Of a DNA stretch of 64,000 nucleotides, positions 41,480-54,809 are shown piece by piece. Every line of letters begins with the position of its first letter. Position 1 is the first letter of the stretch. Where the stretch lies: assembly GCF_009914755.1 (NCBI RefSeq), contig NC_060926.1; one strand, written 5' to 3'. A program made the position numbers and the translations under genes. The notes beneath the pieces were generated by a model. It was not told the DNA's origin. It ran no database searches and saw only the letters and a program-made list of their open reading frames with translations. The DNA is from the human T2T-CHM13v2.0 reference genome, Homo sapiens.

Positions 41480-42290
41480 CCCATGGGAAAGGCTCTATTT
41501 CGCTTAGATTGCTTTCCATGCTCCACACTCACATTTCCAAGTATCTACTGGGCATGTCCAGTTGGATGTCTCCTAGATTCCTCAAATCCATCACATCATC
41601 AAGAGGGAAGTTATCACCTTTCCCCAGTCCTGCTTCCTTACCACTGGTAGCATGAATGGCACTGCCTTCTACCCAGCTGCCCAAGCCAGAAGCCAAGCAT
41701 TGCCTCGATTCTTTCCTCTTGCCGGAGCCAAGCATTCATGTTCCAAATGCTTTTGCGACTCATCTACATCTCTCCATTACCACAGTCGCTACTCTATTTC
41801 ATCTTCTTTTACCTTGAATACTGTGTCAGTCTCCAAACTGATTTTCTGATGTTGCCTGCCTCTAATCCTTTCTCCATACTGCAGCAAGTTGAATTCTCTA
41901 AATGCCACAAGAGCAACTGATCCTAACACTATTTTTCTTAGACTTCTGCTTGCTTTAAGTATAAAGTTAAGTCTTTAAAGTGGCTGGCATGCCCTTCCTG
42001 ATCTAGCTATTGTCTTTATCTCTCTGCCTCATAATCTGTCACCACCACCCACTCCAAGTCCCCCCACCAACCCCACCCCCCACCTTTAACAACATACTCT
42101 GACTACTGGGTTTCTCTCAGGGCTGCAATGTACTTCTCTCTCTCCTTCCCCATAGCACTACTGCCCTTTTAACATAGAACACTCCTCCTGCACTCCTTGA
42201 CCTGTGCTGACTACTCCCACCCCATCTTAAGGTCTCAGAAAACACATCTTTGAGGCACCTGCTATAACCTCTTCTAGTAAGTACCACATA
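41480..42290 (+). mobile_element. L2 LINE fragment
   Basis: catttccaagtatctactgggcatgtccagttggatgtctcctag...gaatggcactgccttctacccagctgcccaagccagaa. Confidence 0.8.
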
Positions 42291-42388
42291 CTTCTTTTAA
42301 CCTTCCTCTACCCCCATTTTCTCATCTATAAATGGAATATATAATAACATACACTTTGTATGAAAGTTGTGAGGATTACATGAATTAA

Positions 42389-44044
42389 TGTTATAGGATC
42401 TTTGGGGTGTCACTCTTCTGGCTGGAAACCTCTGTGGCTGGTGGCACCTTTGCCCGACTTTTGCTTGGGCCCACTCGGCTCATTGAGCCCACTTGGCCTG
42501 GCAGGCTGTGTTCAGCTAACACTACTGGTCTGGATCCCACGTCTGCCAAGGAAGGGTGAGCCAGGCTTGGAGTGGCAAGGGGTGTGTGATTGAGCAAGTG
42601 TAGGGTCCAGCCACTGCACACAGTCAGGCATGCCAGCAACTGCAGTGGGGCGGGCAGCTCCAGGAGCCAGCACAGGCACCAGCTCTCTGCAAGGCTGCGC
42701 CTGGACCAAGCGCACTGCAAGAAGCTTCCCCAGCTGGCACCAAGGAATGTGGTAGCACTCAGAAGCTTGAAGATGCTAGGAAGCACAGGGCCTCAAAGAG
42801 AGAGTCACAGCCCTTGCTTGGGGAGCTCCCAGGTCTGGGATCCCCGAAGGGCTGCAGCTCTTCTCTCCCTCTCTTCACTGGCAACGTGGCAAGCAAGGGG
42901 CATGTTTCAACCCTGTTTGTGTTCCAGCTCTTCTAGCCTTGCCATTTGGGTCACAGGTCCCAAGTTCTTGTCCTGTGACTAGGAAGAATGAGGCATGCAG
43001 ACAAGTGGAGGGTGAGCAAGACAAAGAGGAGCTTTACTGAGCACTAGAACAGCTCAGAGACCCACTGTGGGCCGCTTCTTTCTGTAGCCAGGGTGTCCTG
43101 ACGAGTGTTCAGCCCTCAGCAGAGAGGAAGAGGCTCTGGGGTGGGTGGCTCCTCTCTGCTGTTGGTCACCCTGACTTCTCCACAGCTTAGCAGAGAGGAG
43201 GCCCTAGAGTGGGTTGTTCCTCTCTGCAGGCAGGTCATCCCTGGAGTGGGAAGCTCTGCTCTGCTGTTGGTCATCCAGTGTTCTCCAGCTATCAGCAGAA
43301 AGGGCAGCTCCTCTCTGCAGCCGGTCGTCCCGTCCTCTACTCTGTTCTAGCTGAGTCCAGGGGCTTTTATGCGCTTCAGAGGGGGGAAGTGCATGCTGAT
43401 TGGTCCATGGGCAGCCAGGGGTGGGCCCAGGAAAAAGCACCATGAGTTCTCTCTCTGGTCCACAGGACTGGCAGCCCAGTCCCCAGGCTTCAGGCTTTCC
43501 CTGGCCCAAAGGTGGGGCCTCACCAGGGTCCCACCCTTTTCTGCCCAGGAGCTTGTCTGCCTCCTGCTGCAGTCCATGGCACCCAGGCTGCTCGTGCCAA
43601 GGGATGCCTGCAGGCCAACGCTGAGCTGCCCTCAGTCCCCGCTTGGCTTCCCTCTCATGCTCATTGGCGCCTAAAGTCCAGAGGGGTCCGAGCTGGCAGA
43701 GGGCTGGTGTGTCAGTGCTGCCTCAAGCATGTGCCCACTAGACCGGGCTGCGACAGCACCCGAGCTTGGTCCCAATCTTGCTCCATGATCAGAGCAGCCT
43801 CCAGGAGCAGGGAGAGGCCAGGCAGCGGCAGGAGGCACTTACAAGACTGTCAGGGGAAAGGGAACCTTCCTGGGCCCCCAAGAGCACAGAGATGCCCGGG
43901 TCTACAGCCCGGCGTGGGCAGCTCCAGTGGCACCCGGGAAGGGCAGGGCTGTCTGCTCCATGGAGCGTGAGGCCCTGGCCAAGCCTCCCTGCTGCAGTTG
44001 GCATCTTGGCAGTGGCAGACCATCTGGAGCAGCTGCTGCTATCA
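42389..44044 (-). mobile_element. MER52A solo LTR (ERV1), 1656 bp, inserted in a MIR
   Basis: tgttataggatctttggggtgtc...gaccatctggagcagctgctgctatca; GC-rich; TSD TTAA (42385-42388 / 44045-44048); MIR sequence continues on both sides. Confidence 0.9.
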
Positions 44045-46959
44045 TTAATATATGCAGAGTAAGCATTCAATAAATATTAGCTATTACTATTATTAGAATA
44101 TTTATCATATCAAAGCATAACTACCTGTTTAATTGTCTGTCTCTCCATCTGGACAGAAAGTTCCATGAGGGCAGCAATCTTTTGTCTTGTTCATAGTTGG
44201 TTCTTCAGCGCTGTGTCCATTGTCACATGGCAGGGACCCAGCCTGAAGCAAGGCAATTTCTCAGAGCTGTAAGGAGGTGGTGGAGAAATGAATGTGTATA
44301 AATGACTCGTGTTAGGAGAGGTGAGACATTTAGGGTGTTATGTGTTCAGGTTTTCAGGGACAATCTGCAGCAATGACTGAAGAAGGGGAACACTAAATGC
44401 TCTTAACTTAACTCACAATGGTCCTGTGAAGACAGTAGCTTTACTGAAGAGGCATCTGAGCAGTGGAAGGATTAAATGGCTGCTCTAGAGTTCTAAAGTA
44501 AGTGACACAGAGCCTCTTCGCTCACCTCTTCCCCAACTATGTTCTGTATATTAACAACTCAGTATGCTAAGAAATGTTAGTGAAAGAATTTAAGGGCACA
44601 AATAAATATGGAGACCACAGGGTTAAGTAGAAGTGAATGTTGTTATTTTGTTGCAGGGCTGCTCAGAGCTTTTACTATGCTAACGAGAATTGTGACTTTC
44701 CAAGAAGAGAAAGCATGGAGCTTGCCTAGCTCACTTAAACAGAGAACCCTATGTTCTTGGAGCCCTCCTGGGAAACAGCGTTGGCCCTTGCTCTTAGTCC
44801 TCTACCCATGTTGCCTACCTCCCTTCTGCCATCAAGATTTGGTGTTTCTGATCCTTGATGTTTAAGGTTTAGTAATGATTCAATTCCACAATAAAAATAT
44901 AATCTCTGTTTAATGCTCATTTGATTCAAGAATTGTGCTAGATACTGTGGTAATACTGCAAAGGTGCCTGTTTTTCTGACAATATTGCTACTGAGAGAAA
45001 GAAAAACAACAGTGATAAGCACAATCTTACAGTGCTTTGATATTTTTTCAAAATACACTCATAGCTTGAATTTCATTTGCTATTTGATGGGATACATGCA
45101 TTAGACATTATTAGCCCCACAGAACAGATGAGATTATCATCTCAAGAAGTCAGGTGACTTGCTCAGTCACTTGACTATTCATTTGGGATTTTTTTTTTTT
45201 TGTTGTTGTTGTTTTTTTTTTCTTTTTCTTTTTAGGTTTTCCTCAACTTAAGGGCTGTTCACCCCCACCAATACCTACGGCATGATTCTGTGCAAATCTC
45301 AAATTTCTAGCACAGTAAATTTTATTTATATATACATCTAATACAACGAGAAATATATTACAATTCTTTATAGAATGGTGAAGCTGGAATAGAACCTGGG
45401 AACTTTTTAAAAGGTAATCTCCACATTTTATGGTGGAAGAAACAAGTTCAGGGATACTCAGTGACATGCGTAAGATCACCCAGCAAGCTTGTGGCAGAGC
45501 AAGACTGAAATGTTCTGGACTATCCAAATCATCTCCTATTTTTAATTCTATCGCTGCTTTTAGAAAAGTACATTTGTTTTATTCCTGCCTAAGTGTTGAG
45601 CTTGAAACCACTCAGCAAGTAAGTTTGTTCCTATCGCTATTATCCTGGGTGGCTTTTGTTTACCCTTCTATTGTTTGAGAAGATTTGGCCAGAAGGAAAA
45701 CTGTTAAATCTTCACATTGGCAGTGATATTTAAGACCCATAAAAGATTAATCATCGAGGGAACCCATAACTTTGCATGATCAAAGTAAAAATTCAGTTTT
45801 TATGACTGCCTGTGTTTTATCCTCTATAAATTTTATAACAATGATTAGGCTCAAAGTATGGGCATAATTTACATACATCAAAATGCCTCACACTGTCCTT
45901 ACAGCCAGTTAAACACCTGCAGCAAATACAAGGAAGCATATTAGAAAGCAGAAAGCTGCCAGGCTCTCTCAGGCATTAATCAGTGGAACCTCTTTGAGGG
46001 AGAGAAGGAGAGAGAGGGAGAGAGGGGAAGAGGGAGATTGAGAAAGAATTGCGATGGTGGCCTCCTGTAACCAAATTATGCATAGTGTGTTCACATAGGA
46101 ACAGTACACTTTGCATTTGTCAGAAATACACTTAGTTCAGTCTTTTCTCCCTTCCCCAAATGATCAGCCTATTTCCCAGAAATGCTTTTTCTCTTACATT
46201 GACCAAGAACTCTTTGGAAATATCAGCACAGGAAAGACTTTAGAAATTGTTGCTATTTAACAAGACTGGTTGCTCCCACCTGTGCCCAGAATATGTTGGT
46301 CTATTGATAGATGTGGTGTGGGTCCCTGAGTCTCTGTACCTTCCCTCTCCTCTATCCTCCCACTTAGTTCTACCTTGGATTGATTCTGCCTCCTAGCAAA
46401 GAGTTAAAGGTTATCATGCAGGGATTTAAGTCCGGGCACGCTGGCAGACATGTACCAAGGCAACGGCAGCTACAAATAGCGTGTGGTACAAGCTTTCAGG
46501 GTAAACATCAATTTCTCCAATTTGCTACAGCCTGAGAAACTTATAAGCCTAGCGAATGAATTGTGAGTGTGGGTTTTGTGCTGGATGGATGGAGCAGAGG
46601 TTGTTTTCATAAAGCACTGTTAATGTACACTGATTCCTCAGTTTAAATATCGTGAGGGGTGAAAAGCCACAGCTGTTTCACTCACTGCGCTTCTTACATG
46701 CACCGGTTTTACTCTTGGACAGGGGCTGCCCTGCAGTATCTCTCCCGGATTCAGCTTCATACTGATGTGGGAGGTCACCAGAGCTTGTCCCCAAACACCA
46801 GGCAAAGGGTCCCCTCATCTCTCTGCTTATTGAAACCCTATCTCCATCTTCAAGTCCTCTACCTAGCTTTCAGCTTAAACTCTTATTGGCTACACATTTA
46901 TCTATGAGTCGTGCCCTGTATTTGGAAATACTTTCTGGTTCTATGAGATATTTAGACTC

Positions 46960-47200
46960 CCATGATAGGTATTGAGCTCTTTTCACTCAGTGTGCACTGT
47001 GTTAAGTGCTTTATGAGGACTGTCTTATTTTATATGTATATTTCTGTGAGATCAGTACAATTATTATCAGCATTTTATCGTGAGAAAAAAATGAAACCCC
47101 TGGTGAATTGACTTGCCCCAAATCACAGAACAACTAAGTGCTAGAGCTGAGATCCCAACCCTTAGGCAGTCTAAATCCATTTAGAACGTTCATCCACTGC
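46960..47200 (-). mobile_element. MIR SINE
   Basis: tattgagctct...gcactgtgttaagtgctttat...gacttgccccaaatcacagaacaactaagtgctagagctgagat. Confidence 0.8.
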
Positions 47201-50200
47201 ACTGTGTTTCTCTTCAGTCCTTTGTGACTTACTAACCTTCCATGTTTATATCTGGGCTTTTACATCAGAGTTCCCTGAGAACTGAATGTTATTTACATGT
47301 CTTTGTTCCCCCTTCCCCCAGTGTACCTAGGACACACAAATACTTATTAATTTCAAAGGGCCAAAGCAATCCTAGAAAAAACCAGGACAACCACCAAAAC
47401 CTACAAAACCAGAAATATGATTCTCCCCAAAGGAGACACAGCTTTTTCTTCCCAATGACATGAAAAGACTGGAATATGATAATTTAGTTGAAAGACAACT
47501 TTAAATATAAGTTTCATTAATCAGAATGGGTATTCCTACAATAATAAGTCCTTAGTTGAATTTTAGAACCCTCTTTATGCTTTGTTAATAACAAAGCTGT
47601 TATAAAAATAATTTGATAAGACAGTCCATTGCAATGGTGTAACTTAACTATGTAAAAAGGTGCCTTAGCCTGGTGTCTGAGCACACCCAACTTATGTAAT
47701 GCTAACATAATGCATTATGCATATTGTATCAGGTTAAAAATGAAACGCAGTGAAGTATTACAGCAATTTAAAAAATATATATCGGGGCTTGTTCAGCACA
47801 GATAGTTAAAATTTAAACCTGTTTAAATATTCAACTGAAACTAAAATAAAATGCTGAAAAATGGAATTCAATAGAAAGTCTCCATTAAGAGTAAAAATGC
47901 TTCTCCAAATCCATTTGGTTCTAATAGAAACCCATTGAGTGAGGTTTTCATTGTCACAGCACCAGCCAAGGGAAAAATTATACATATCTTTGGGTAGGAG
48001 AAAATCAGCTGGACTTCTTGTGGTACGAGCTTCCCTTAGAAAAGCAGAAGAAAAGGGAAGCTTTGGACTAACACTCAGTTTGGGCCACAGTTTGTTTAAA
48101 ATGGTCTGGAGCTTTTTCTTAAAGATTATCTTCCCCATTTGTTCTCTTGCTTCAGTGAAACCTTATTTCACCTTCCACATCAAATGTGATTCTAAAAAGA
48201 AAAAAAAAATTGGCACCTTTTGCTGCAATATCAGGATACTGACCAATCTGCCTTGTGAGAGCCAAGCTTTCTTTCCCTGATAAACATCCTGCAGGATGTT
48301 TTTATTCAATCAATTGGAATGATTGCTTGCACAGAAATGTACCGCTTTATCAAGGTCTGCTTGAATATCAGGCTTGGGCCCAGCCCCAGCATTTTCGTTA
48401 CTCAGTTCTCCAGACAGCAAATGCACGAGGATTCTGAAACATAATTAAAACAATCAGTGAGAATTACCCAGCTCAGTTACCGCACTCAAAAAGCAAACCC
48501 AGAGAAGCAAATAGGGAGATGTGTGGGTAAGTGAATGGGAGCCTTCCAGAGACGAGGGAGGGCCGGTAGGAGACATAAAATGGAGGGTATTAAGAGAAGA
48601 AATATAGGATAATATAAACAGAGTCTCTAATCCTGAGGACTGTAAATCCCCTTTCCTTAATTGGTTTAGAAACTGGGGTCTGTAATGTGAGACGGAGGGC
48701 TCTGGCTGCCTTTCTTCTTGGCTGCCCGGAATCACATTAAGTGGGAAACAATAGCAGGGCTGACAGCTCCCTTTCTGTGGGGGCACTTAGAGCTGATCTG
48801 CCATTGAGACTAATAAAATTACACGGGATTAGAGCACTGCTGAGGATACCTAGATTGGGGAATTCTCAGTGGAAGTGGAGCTGGCTCTTTCAAAACAGGG
48901 TTGGGGCTGAAGAGAGACAGCAGACCAAGACCACAGTGCCCCTATTTTACAATGAAGGGAAATAACCAGGATTTTGTCATTAACTCAGGATCTTGACGAT
49001 ACATCCTAATCCAAACAGAATTCGAATTTGAGATTTCTTCTTTGGCGCTTCACACTGTTTTGCTTACTTTTAATGATTTTTGTTGAGTTTAGATATTTCC
49101 CTGCAAGTGTACACCTTTCTACTTGTTCTCACAGTGTGAGCTTCACTTCAGTTTCTCAAGACAGAGAGAGGACCTATATTTAGGATTTTAGGAGTCATGA
49201 CTGGCCAGAGGGTCATTCCTGGTCTCCACTTGTATTCCCTTTGCAAACCTGAACTGACAGATACTGGTTTTTTTTTTGGTTTGTTCTTAATTTCTAACAA
49301 AATGATTGTGGAAATCTATCAGTGCTGGTGACATGACCACAACTGACAAGTGAATTCAGGGTTTTCATGAGAATCCCTGGGAACCTGACATTAGTCTCAT
49401 GCTTATTACACCAGGGAGAGGTGTGATATTTATCAAGGGAATACGTGAGAAGGGTACAGTGCTTTGAAAAAAATATCAATTTTTTGAAAAAGCACTGCAA
49501 ATTTCCTCTTTATCGACCTCAGAAATAGTTCCAAAAAAAAGTACTACATAATATCAAGTACTATGTTTCTCAATCATCTGGAAATATTTCCAACTAACTC
49601 TTATTTCTTATTTTTAAATAGAAATAGCAAATATGGCATGCTTATCCCATCCTTAGACTAGTAGAACAATACTTTTCTAATTTAATTCCAAACCTATGGT
49701 CCTAAATAAGTGCCTTTAGAGAATGTTATAATTATTTTGCCTTCTATATGTTCTATTGAAATGATCACTGAATTCTGAACATTTTATTAATATATAATGA
49801 TGAACACACACACATACATCAAAATAAATCAATTCTGATACTAGAAAATCCTTCTGATGGCCCAGCAATGGCAAATAACCTCTGGCCTAAACGTTCATCT
49901 ACTCGTTGGGTTACGGTATTTTCTGCAAAAGTCCATGTTTTAATGCAAATGTGACAACTTGGGATACTAACTAAATATGACAATTTGTTTTTGAACGTGA
50001 AGCCCAAAGGGAATGAGATGCTGGTAATTCTGATCTGTATATGGGAAGTAGGGAAGGAAAGGATAAAAGTGGAGAATGTTAGATGAAGACAGATGTTAAG
50101 GATTTCACATAGTAATTAATATGAAGTTTACCCAGTTCTGAGCAAAGCAGCTAAAGACCCTTTTTGGCTTGCTTTCTGTTCAGTGCTGTCACTTGTTCTT

Positions 50201-50519
50201 AGCTTGTACTTATTCACTGGAGCTGGAATCACCTCTTCAGCCCTGGGAATGAGAATGAGTTGTCCTCCAGTTCTGCAAGGAGAGGAGCCTTCCATACCTT
50301 TCCTCCAGAGGCCTCTGCTGGTTAACAGAGGGCAGCAAATGCTGATACCAGGCTCTCTATACCCACGCCCACTATCCACAGGGCAACCCTAGGTGATGGG
50401 TAAGATGGTGGAGGCACCTGAGGCTCAGAAAGATGAAGTACCTTGCCCCAAGACTGTGACTTAATTCATGTGGTTCTGTCTTACTCCATTCTACACACTG
50501 CTCTGTGTGGCTTCCCAAC

Positions 50520-50780
50520 ATTATCGTTACCATCTTTATCATCACTGCCACCATGACCGCTGCTTGTGGGAGGCCTACTCTCTGCCGGGCAGCGGGCTAA
50601 GCACTTAAATGCTTTGTTTCACATCATCATCACAACCCTGCAACGCGGGTAGGTGTTTTTATTCCCACTGTACATGAAAGAAAACTTAGTTTCAGTGAGG
50701 TTAAATAACTCACCTAAAGCCACACCTCCAGAACTGTTAAACTCAGGATTTCAACCCAAGACTTTGTGAAGCTGGAGCTT
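50520..50780 (-). mobile_element. MIR SINE (a second MIR fragment lies at ~50370-50500)
   Basis: ggcctactctctgccgggcagcgggctaagcactt...attcccactgtacatgaaagaaaacttag...aggttaaataactcacctaa. Confidence 0.75.
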
Positions 50781-50859
50781 TTTCTTTTTTCCATTACCCT
50801 ATGGTACCTTTTCAGATAGTATGTGACTACAGTGAATGCATGATGCCGCATCAATGGTT

Positions 50860-51472
50860 TTGCCATACTCAGCATCAATTCCTCCAACTTCTCGCTGGGA
50901 AATGCTAATCTCAACTTTAGGAATGGGCACATGACCAAGTATTATGAGGCAGAGCATATCATCCCCCAGCCACAGTGAATGGCAGAGCCAGGGCCAGGGG
51001 TCAGTGACCAGTGTATTGGATTGGACTCCACACTCACAAGGGTCCCATGTTTGACTTAATGCTCAGCTGTCACCATGTTGAAATTCTTAATAATTTTTGA
51101 AAAAAGATGCCTTGCATTTTCATTTTGGACTGGGCTCTACAAATTATCTGGTTCTGGTGATTGGTTTAGGGCTGGACAAATGAAACAACAATCTACATCA
51201 ATGACACTCAATTCCAGGACTTTTCTGGACTTTTTGAGAAAGTGGAGTTCTTTCTATTGGAGTGGTAAGCCTGGAGGTTCTGGGGGCCACCATGTGCTGA
51301 ATCTGCCTGAGAATGAAACCCGAGAAAAGCAGAGCTGAGAGAATAAAAAAAAAGATAGTGCCTTGATTAAACCATCTGAGTCCTTGGGCGGAATACAGTT
51401 TTTATTATTTTATTTTTTGCCTAAGTCAATTTGGGCTGAGTGTTTGTGCAACTCAAGAATCTTGAATGAATA
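50860..51472 (+). mobile_element. Old MaLR LTR (MLT1K/L-like), split by MER45A
   Basis: ggaatgggcacatgaccaag...gattggtttagggctgg...gggggccaccatgtg...tgcctgagaatgaaacc...ttttgcctaagtcaatttgggctg. Confidence 0.6.
50983..51156 (+). mobile_element. MER45A hAT-Tip100 MITE
   Basis: ttaatgctcagctgtcaccatgttgaaattcttaataatttttgaa...gcattttcattttggactgggc; 8-bp TSD gtga(a/t)tgg. Confidence 0.75.
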
Positions 51473-51473
51473 C

Positions 51474-51850
51474 AGTGGCAGGCTGGGTTCTCCAGAGCAG
51501 ACAGAGCCAGGGTTTAGGTTGCTGGATGTTTATGAAGGACCCACATCCGTGGAGGGAAAGGGGAGGTAGCATGACTACACAGCAGAGGGCAAACTTCTTC
51601 CTCTTGCTGATCTGGCAAAGCCTCAGCCAACCTGGTAGGTGCTCTGGACTGCTTTGGCTGTCTGAAGTATCCTGTGTTGGGTCAGAGTGGCCCTGCTTTT
51701 ATAGCCTGACTTGCTCAGTCTCCAGATGGGGCTGCCCCAGGAAGGGTATGTACTTGAGTGAGGTAGCTCCCTGAAGGAGCTGACAGCTGGAGGCTGTCTG
51801 CTGACCTTGCTCCCTGCAGCTGGGCAGCAACTCCTTCTTTGAAACTGTCA
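51474..51850 (-). mobile_element. ERVL LTR (LTR16-family)
   Basis: gggttctccagagcagac...aaagcctcagccaacc...gctgacagctggaggctgtctgctgacc...cagctgggcagcaactccttc. Confidence 0.65.
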
Positions 51851-54809
51851 CTATGCAGCCCATCTTAATTTGAGCTCTTTAGAAAGCAGAAATCAAGACA
51901 AAATCTTATATATACTCTTTTATTAGGGTGTAGGGAGGCAGAAAATCGTGGGTGGTGAGACAGAAAGAAAGTATAACCAATAGAAAGATGTATTATAGAG
52001 TTGGCCTCTACTTGATGCCAAGCATTACTGATGCTTCATCTCAGATCCTGTCCACGGACAGTCCGTCCTGAGAGAAGAAGGAAGAAGAGCATCTGCAGAT
52101 GGCCTTCTCCTTTGGATAGGAGATAACAGGAGATAACAGGCACTTAGGCATGCATAAAAGCAGCCAATTCTGAGTGCAAGGAATACCAAAATGTATAATT
52201 TAAAATCTCCTATCCTCAGGTTCACCATCTAGTTGGGAAGAGGCAACACGTACCAAAAATTATGACAATATAGATTGAGTAGGCAATTTGTGCCAAAATA
52301 ATGGTGCAGATAATACATACTCATGGTACCTCTGAGAAGCAATAGGTGATGGAAATGGGTAGTCAGGAAAGTGTTTACCTAGACATGAGACTGGAGCTAC
52401 ATCTTAAGGTTAGGACTTCTGTAATTGGAGAGAAAAGAAGCAGAGTAGGGGAAGTAATGCAAACGCACATCTTAGAGCAGCAAATGCATGAAAAGGCTAA
52501 AGTTTTACTATAGAGTCAGAAAATAAATGGAAGCATGGAAAAAAAGAGAATGGAGAAACAGGAGAAGAAAGGGCGGGGAGCTGGTGGGGACTGCTACTAT
52601 TATATGTACAGAGCTAATATCATTTTAGGACTGTAAGGTTAAATTCATTTCAAAAAAGTGTTGTCTTACCCATCCTCAAGACCAGTGGTGTTGAATTGCC
52701 AAGTGCAGGTTCTATGTCTACACATTGTTTATGAAACTTTTTCAGTGTAGATTTTGGAAGTGATTAAATTCAATGAAGTTAGCAATGACTACATATCTCT
52801 TTTCCTGGAAACATAAAACCCCTCTTTAAACAATTAAAACTCTATAATTTGCTGAGAATCTCTTATTTGGCATGTCAAGGTTTAAGGAAAGGAAGCAAGT
52901 ACAGTTAGACCCATACATTACTTGCCAACTGCTAGACAACACTGAAGAGATATTTCAATCTCCTCTTAATTTGTTTCTCCATGTGTGTTCATATTTCATG
53001 GGTGTTCAAATGCAGTAATTGTATTGAATAAAACATAAAAATAGGATCCTTAAAAATGTCATTTATTCAGGAAATGGGGAGTTATAGATTCCAGGTCTGG
53101 CCTTCTAGTCTCTGCCAGAAACTGTACACCTGTGGGGTAGAAAATCCCATTTTTTTCTAGAAGTTGAAGTGCATGGAAAAGTTTCAGGAGGAAAGAAACA
53201 TCATTTTAAAAATGATTTGCACTCCTTTAAAGTACCCACTGTGGATGCTCACATAACTCTATGATGATCTTGCTAGTTTGGCTAGTTTACGCAGAAACCT
53301 TGGTGTATTGACAGATAGTTTCAGGAAACCATGAATATAGGAGTGATTTAAGGATTTCTCAAATAGACATAGTGGTTTGGTGAGCATAAGGCTAAATTTA
53401 GGGATCCTAAAGCCTACTTCTCAAAAATATTCAGAAGAAGACTTGTTTTCTTCACTGCAGAAGAAACAGATCATTAGGGCATCACTGCTCTGTAATATTC
53501 ACAGCTGTAGAGGATGAAGCCCTGCAGTCTTCATGTTGTCACGCTATTCACTGATATAACCAGCACCTGGCTATTATTTGTTTATTATTTGTTTAAGTGA
53601 ACAAAAAAATAGCCTCAGTCCTCCCAGGTGGTAGGGAAAGGCACTCCCTTCCTATTTTCATAAAGCGCCAAAAGCCTTCTCCCTATATGAAGCTATCCAG
53701 TCCCAAGTTTGAAGAGCGACCCCCATCCCACCCCAGTATGTCACGAGAGGCTGTGTCCTTGTTTTGTAAGTCACCTTCCTGATGCAAGGTCAATATTATT
53801 ATTCCCATTTTGCACACTTTGCACAGTAGATAAAGTTTCAATTCCCAACAACTGAACTTCCCAAATATTTATATGATGGAATGAACTTAACTCCAATCAT
53901 ATGGGCATAAAAATATGCATGCCCACCAGGGCATTGTTAGATTTCAGAAAGAAATTTTATTCACATTAAAATATGGTCTATAGCAGCCCAATTGTAAAAA
54001 TAAATAAATAAATAAATAAAAACACATTGTGTGTGGGCCTCTTTTGCATATTTAGATATGGAAGAATGTGAGCAGTCGCCAGATAATATAATTTTCATTC
54101 ACCCAAATATCGAGCACAATTCAATGAAGAAAATGCAACTTTTGCCGTGAGATTTATACATGCTTATATACCCTTCATTTTGAGTCTGTATGAAATGCAG
54201 ACATTTATGCTTCTATAACCAGAAGAATAAAATTTGAATGTGTAGTAAAACGAGAAATGTATTTTAAATGGGCTTTAGAAACAGAACTGAGGAAGTCATC
54301 AGAAGGCCACAGTCACTAATGTAATTGGTTATTTTGCTAGATGGCCACTCAGATGGAGGCCCGGCAGGCACAGGATTGAATTCAGGCTGATGGGCATGGG
54401 AGATGAAGTGGTGACTTCCTGGAAAAGATTGAGATACAGCAACACAGTAATCCAGACTGGCCATAAAGCATGCCATAAAGCCACTGTGAGAAATTCCTCC
54501 TGCCCATGTGATGCGTCCTTATTTTTTTACTTTAAAAGAAGACTGATTTTATGATTTGGCACAGATCATTGATCACAGTTTTTTTCTATTGCAAATATCT
54601 CCCAGCTGTGTTCTGTGTTAAATTTGCAAAAGATATAACCATTATTTCCACAAAATATTGGAAGATTGAGTGGCCATTTGCCCATCGGCACCCATCACTT
54701 CCAATATAACTCCTCCGGGCAGGCACTATAAAAGCCACTTACCAGCCCCAAGTGATGCATGGTAAAGGGGATGCCTTAGAGTGATCCTGCTGGGATGGGC
54801 AGCTGGTGT

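Noticed and set aside
42391-44070. Dense overlapping ORFs on both strands
   Set aside because: They result from the GC-rich, stop-poor MER52A LTR, and none shows gag/pol/env motifs.
46435-46456. p53-like half-sites gggcacgctg / agacatgtac
   Set aside because: A core mismatch in the first half-site and a 2-bp spacer make it too weak.
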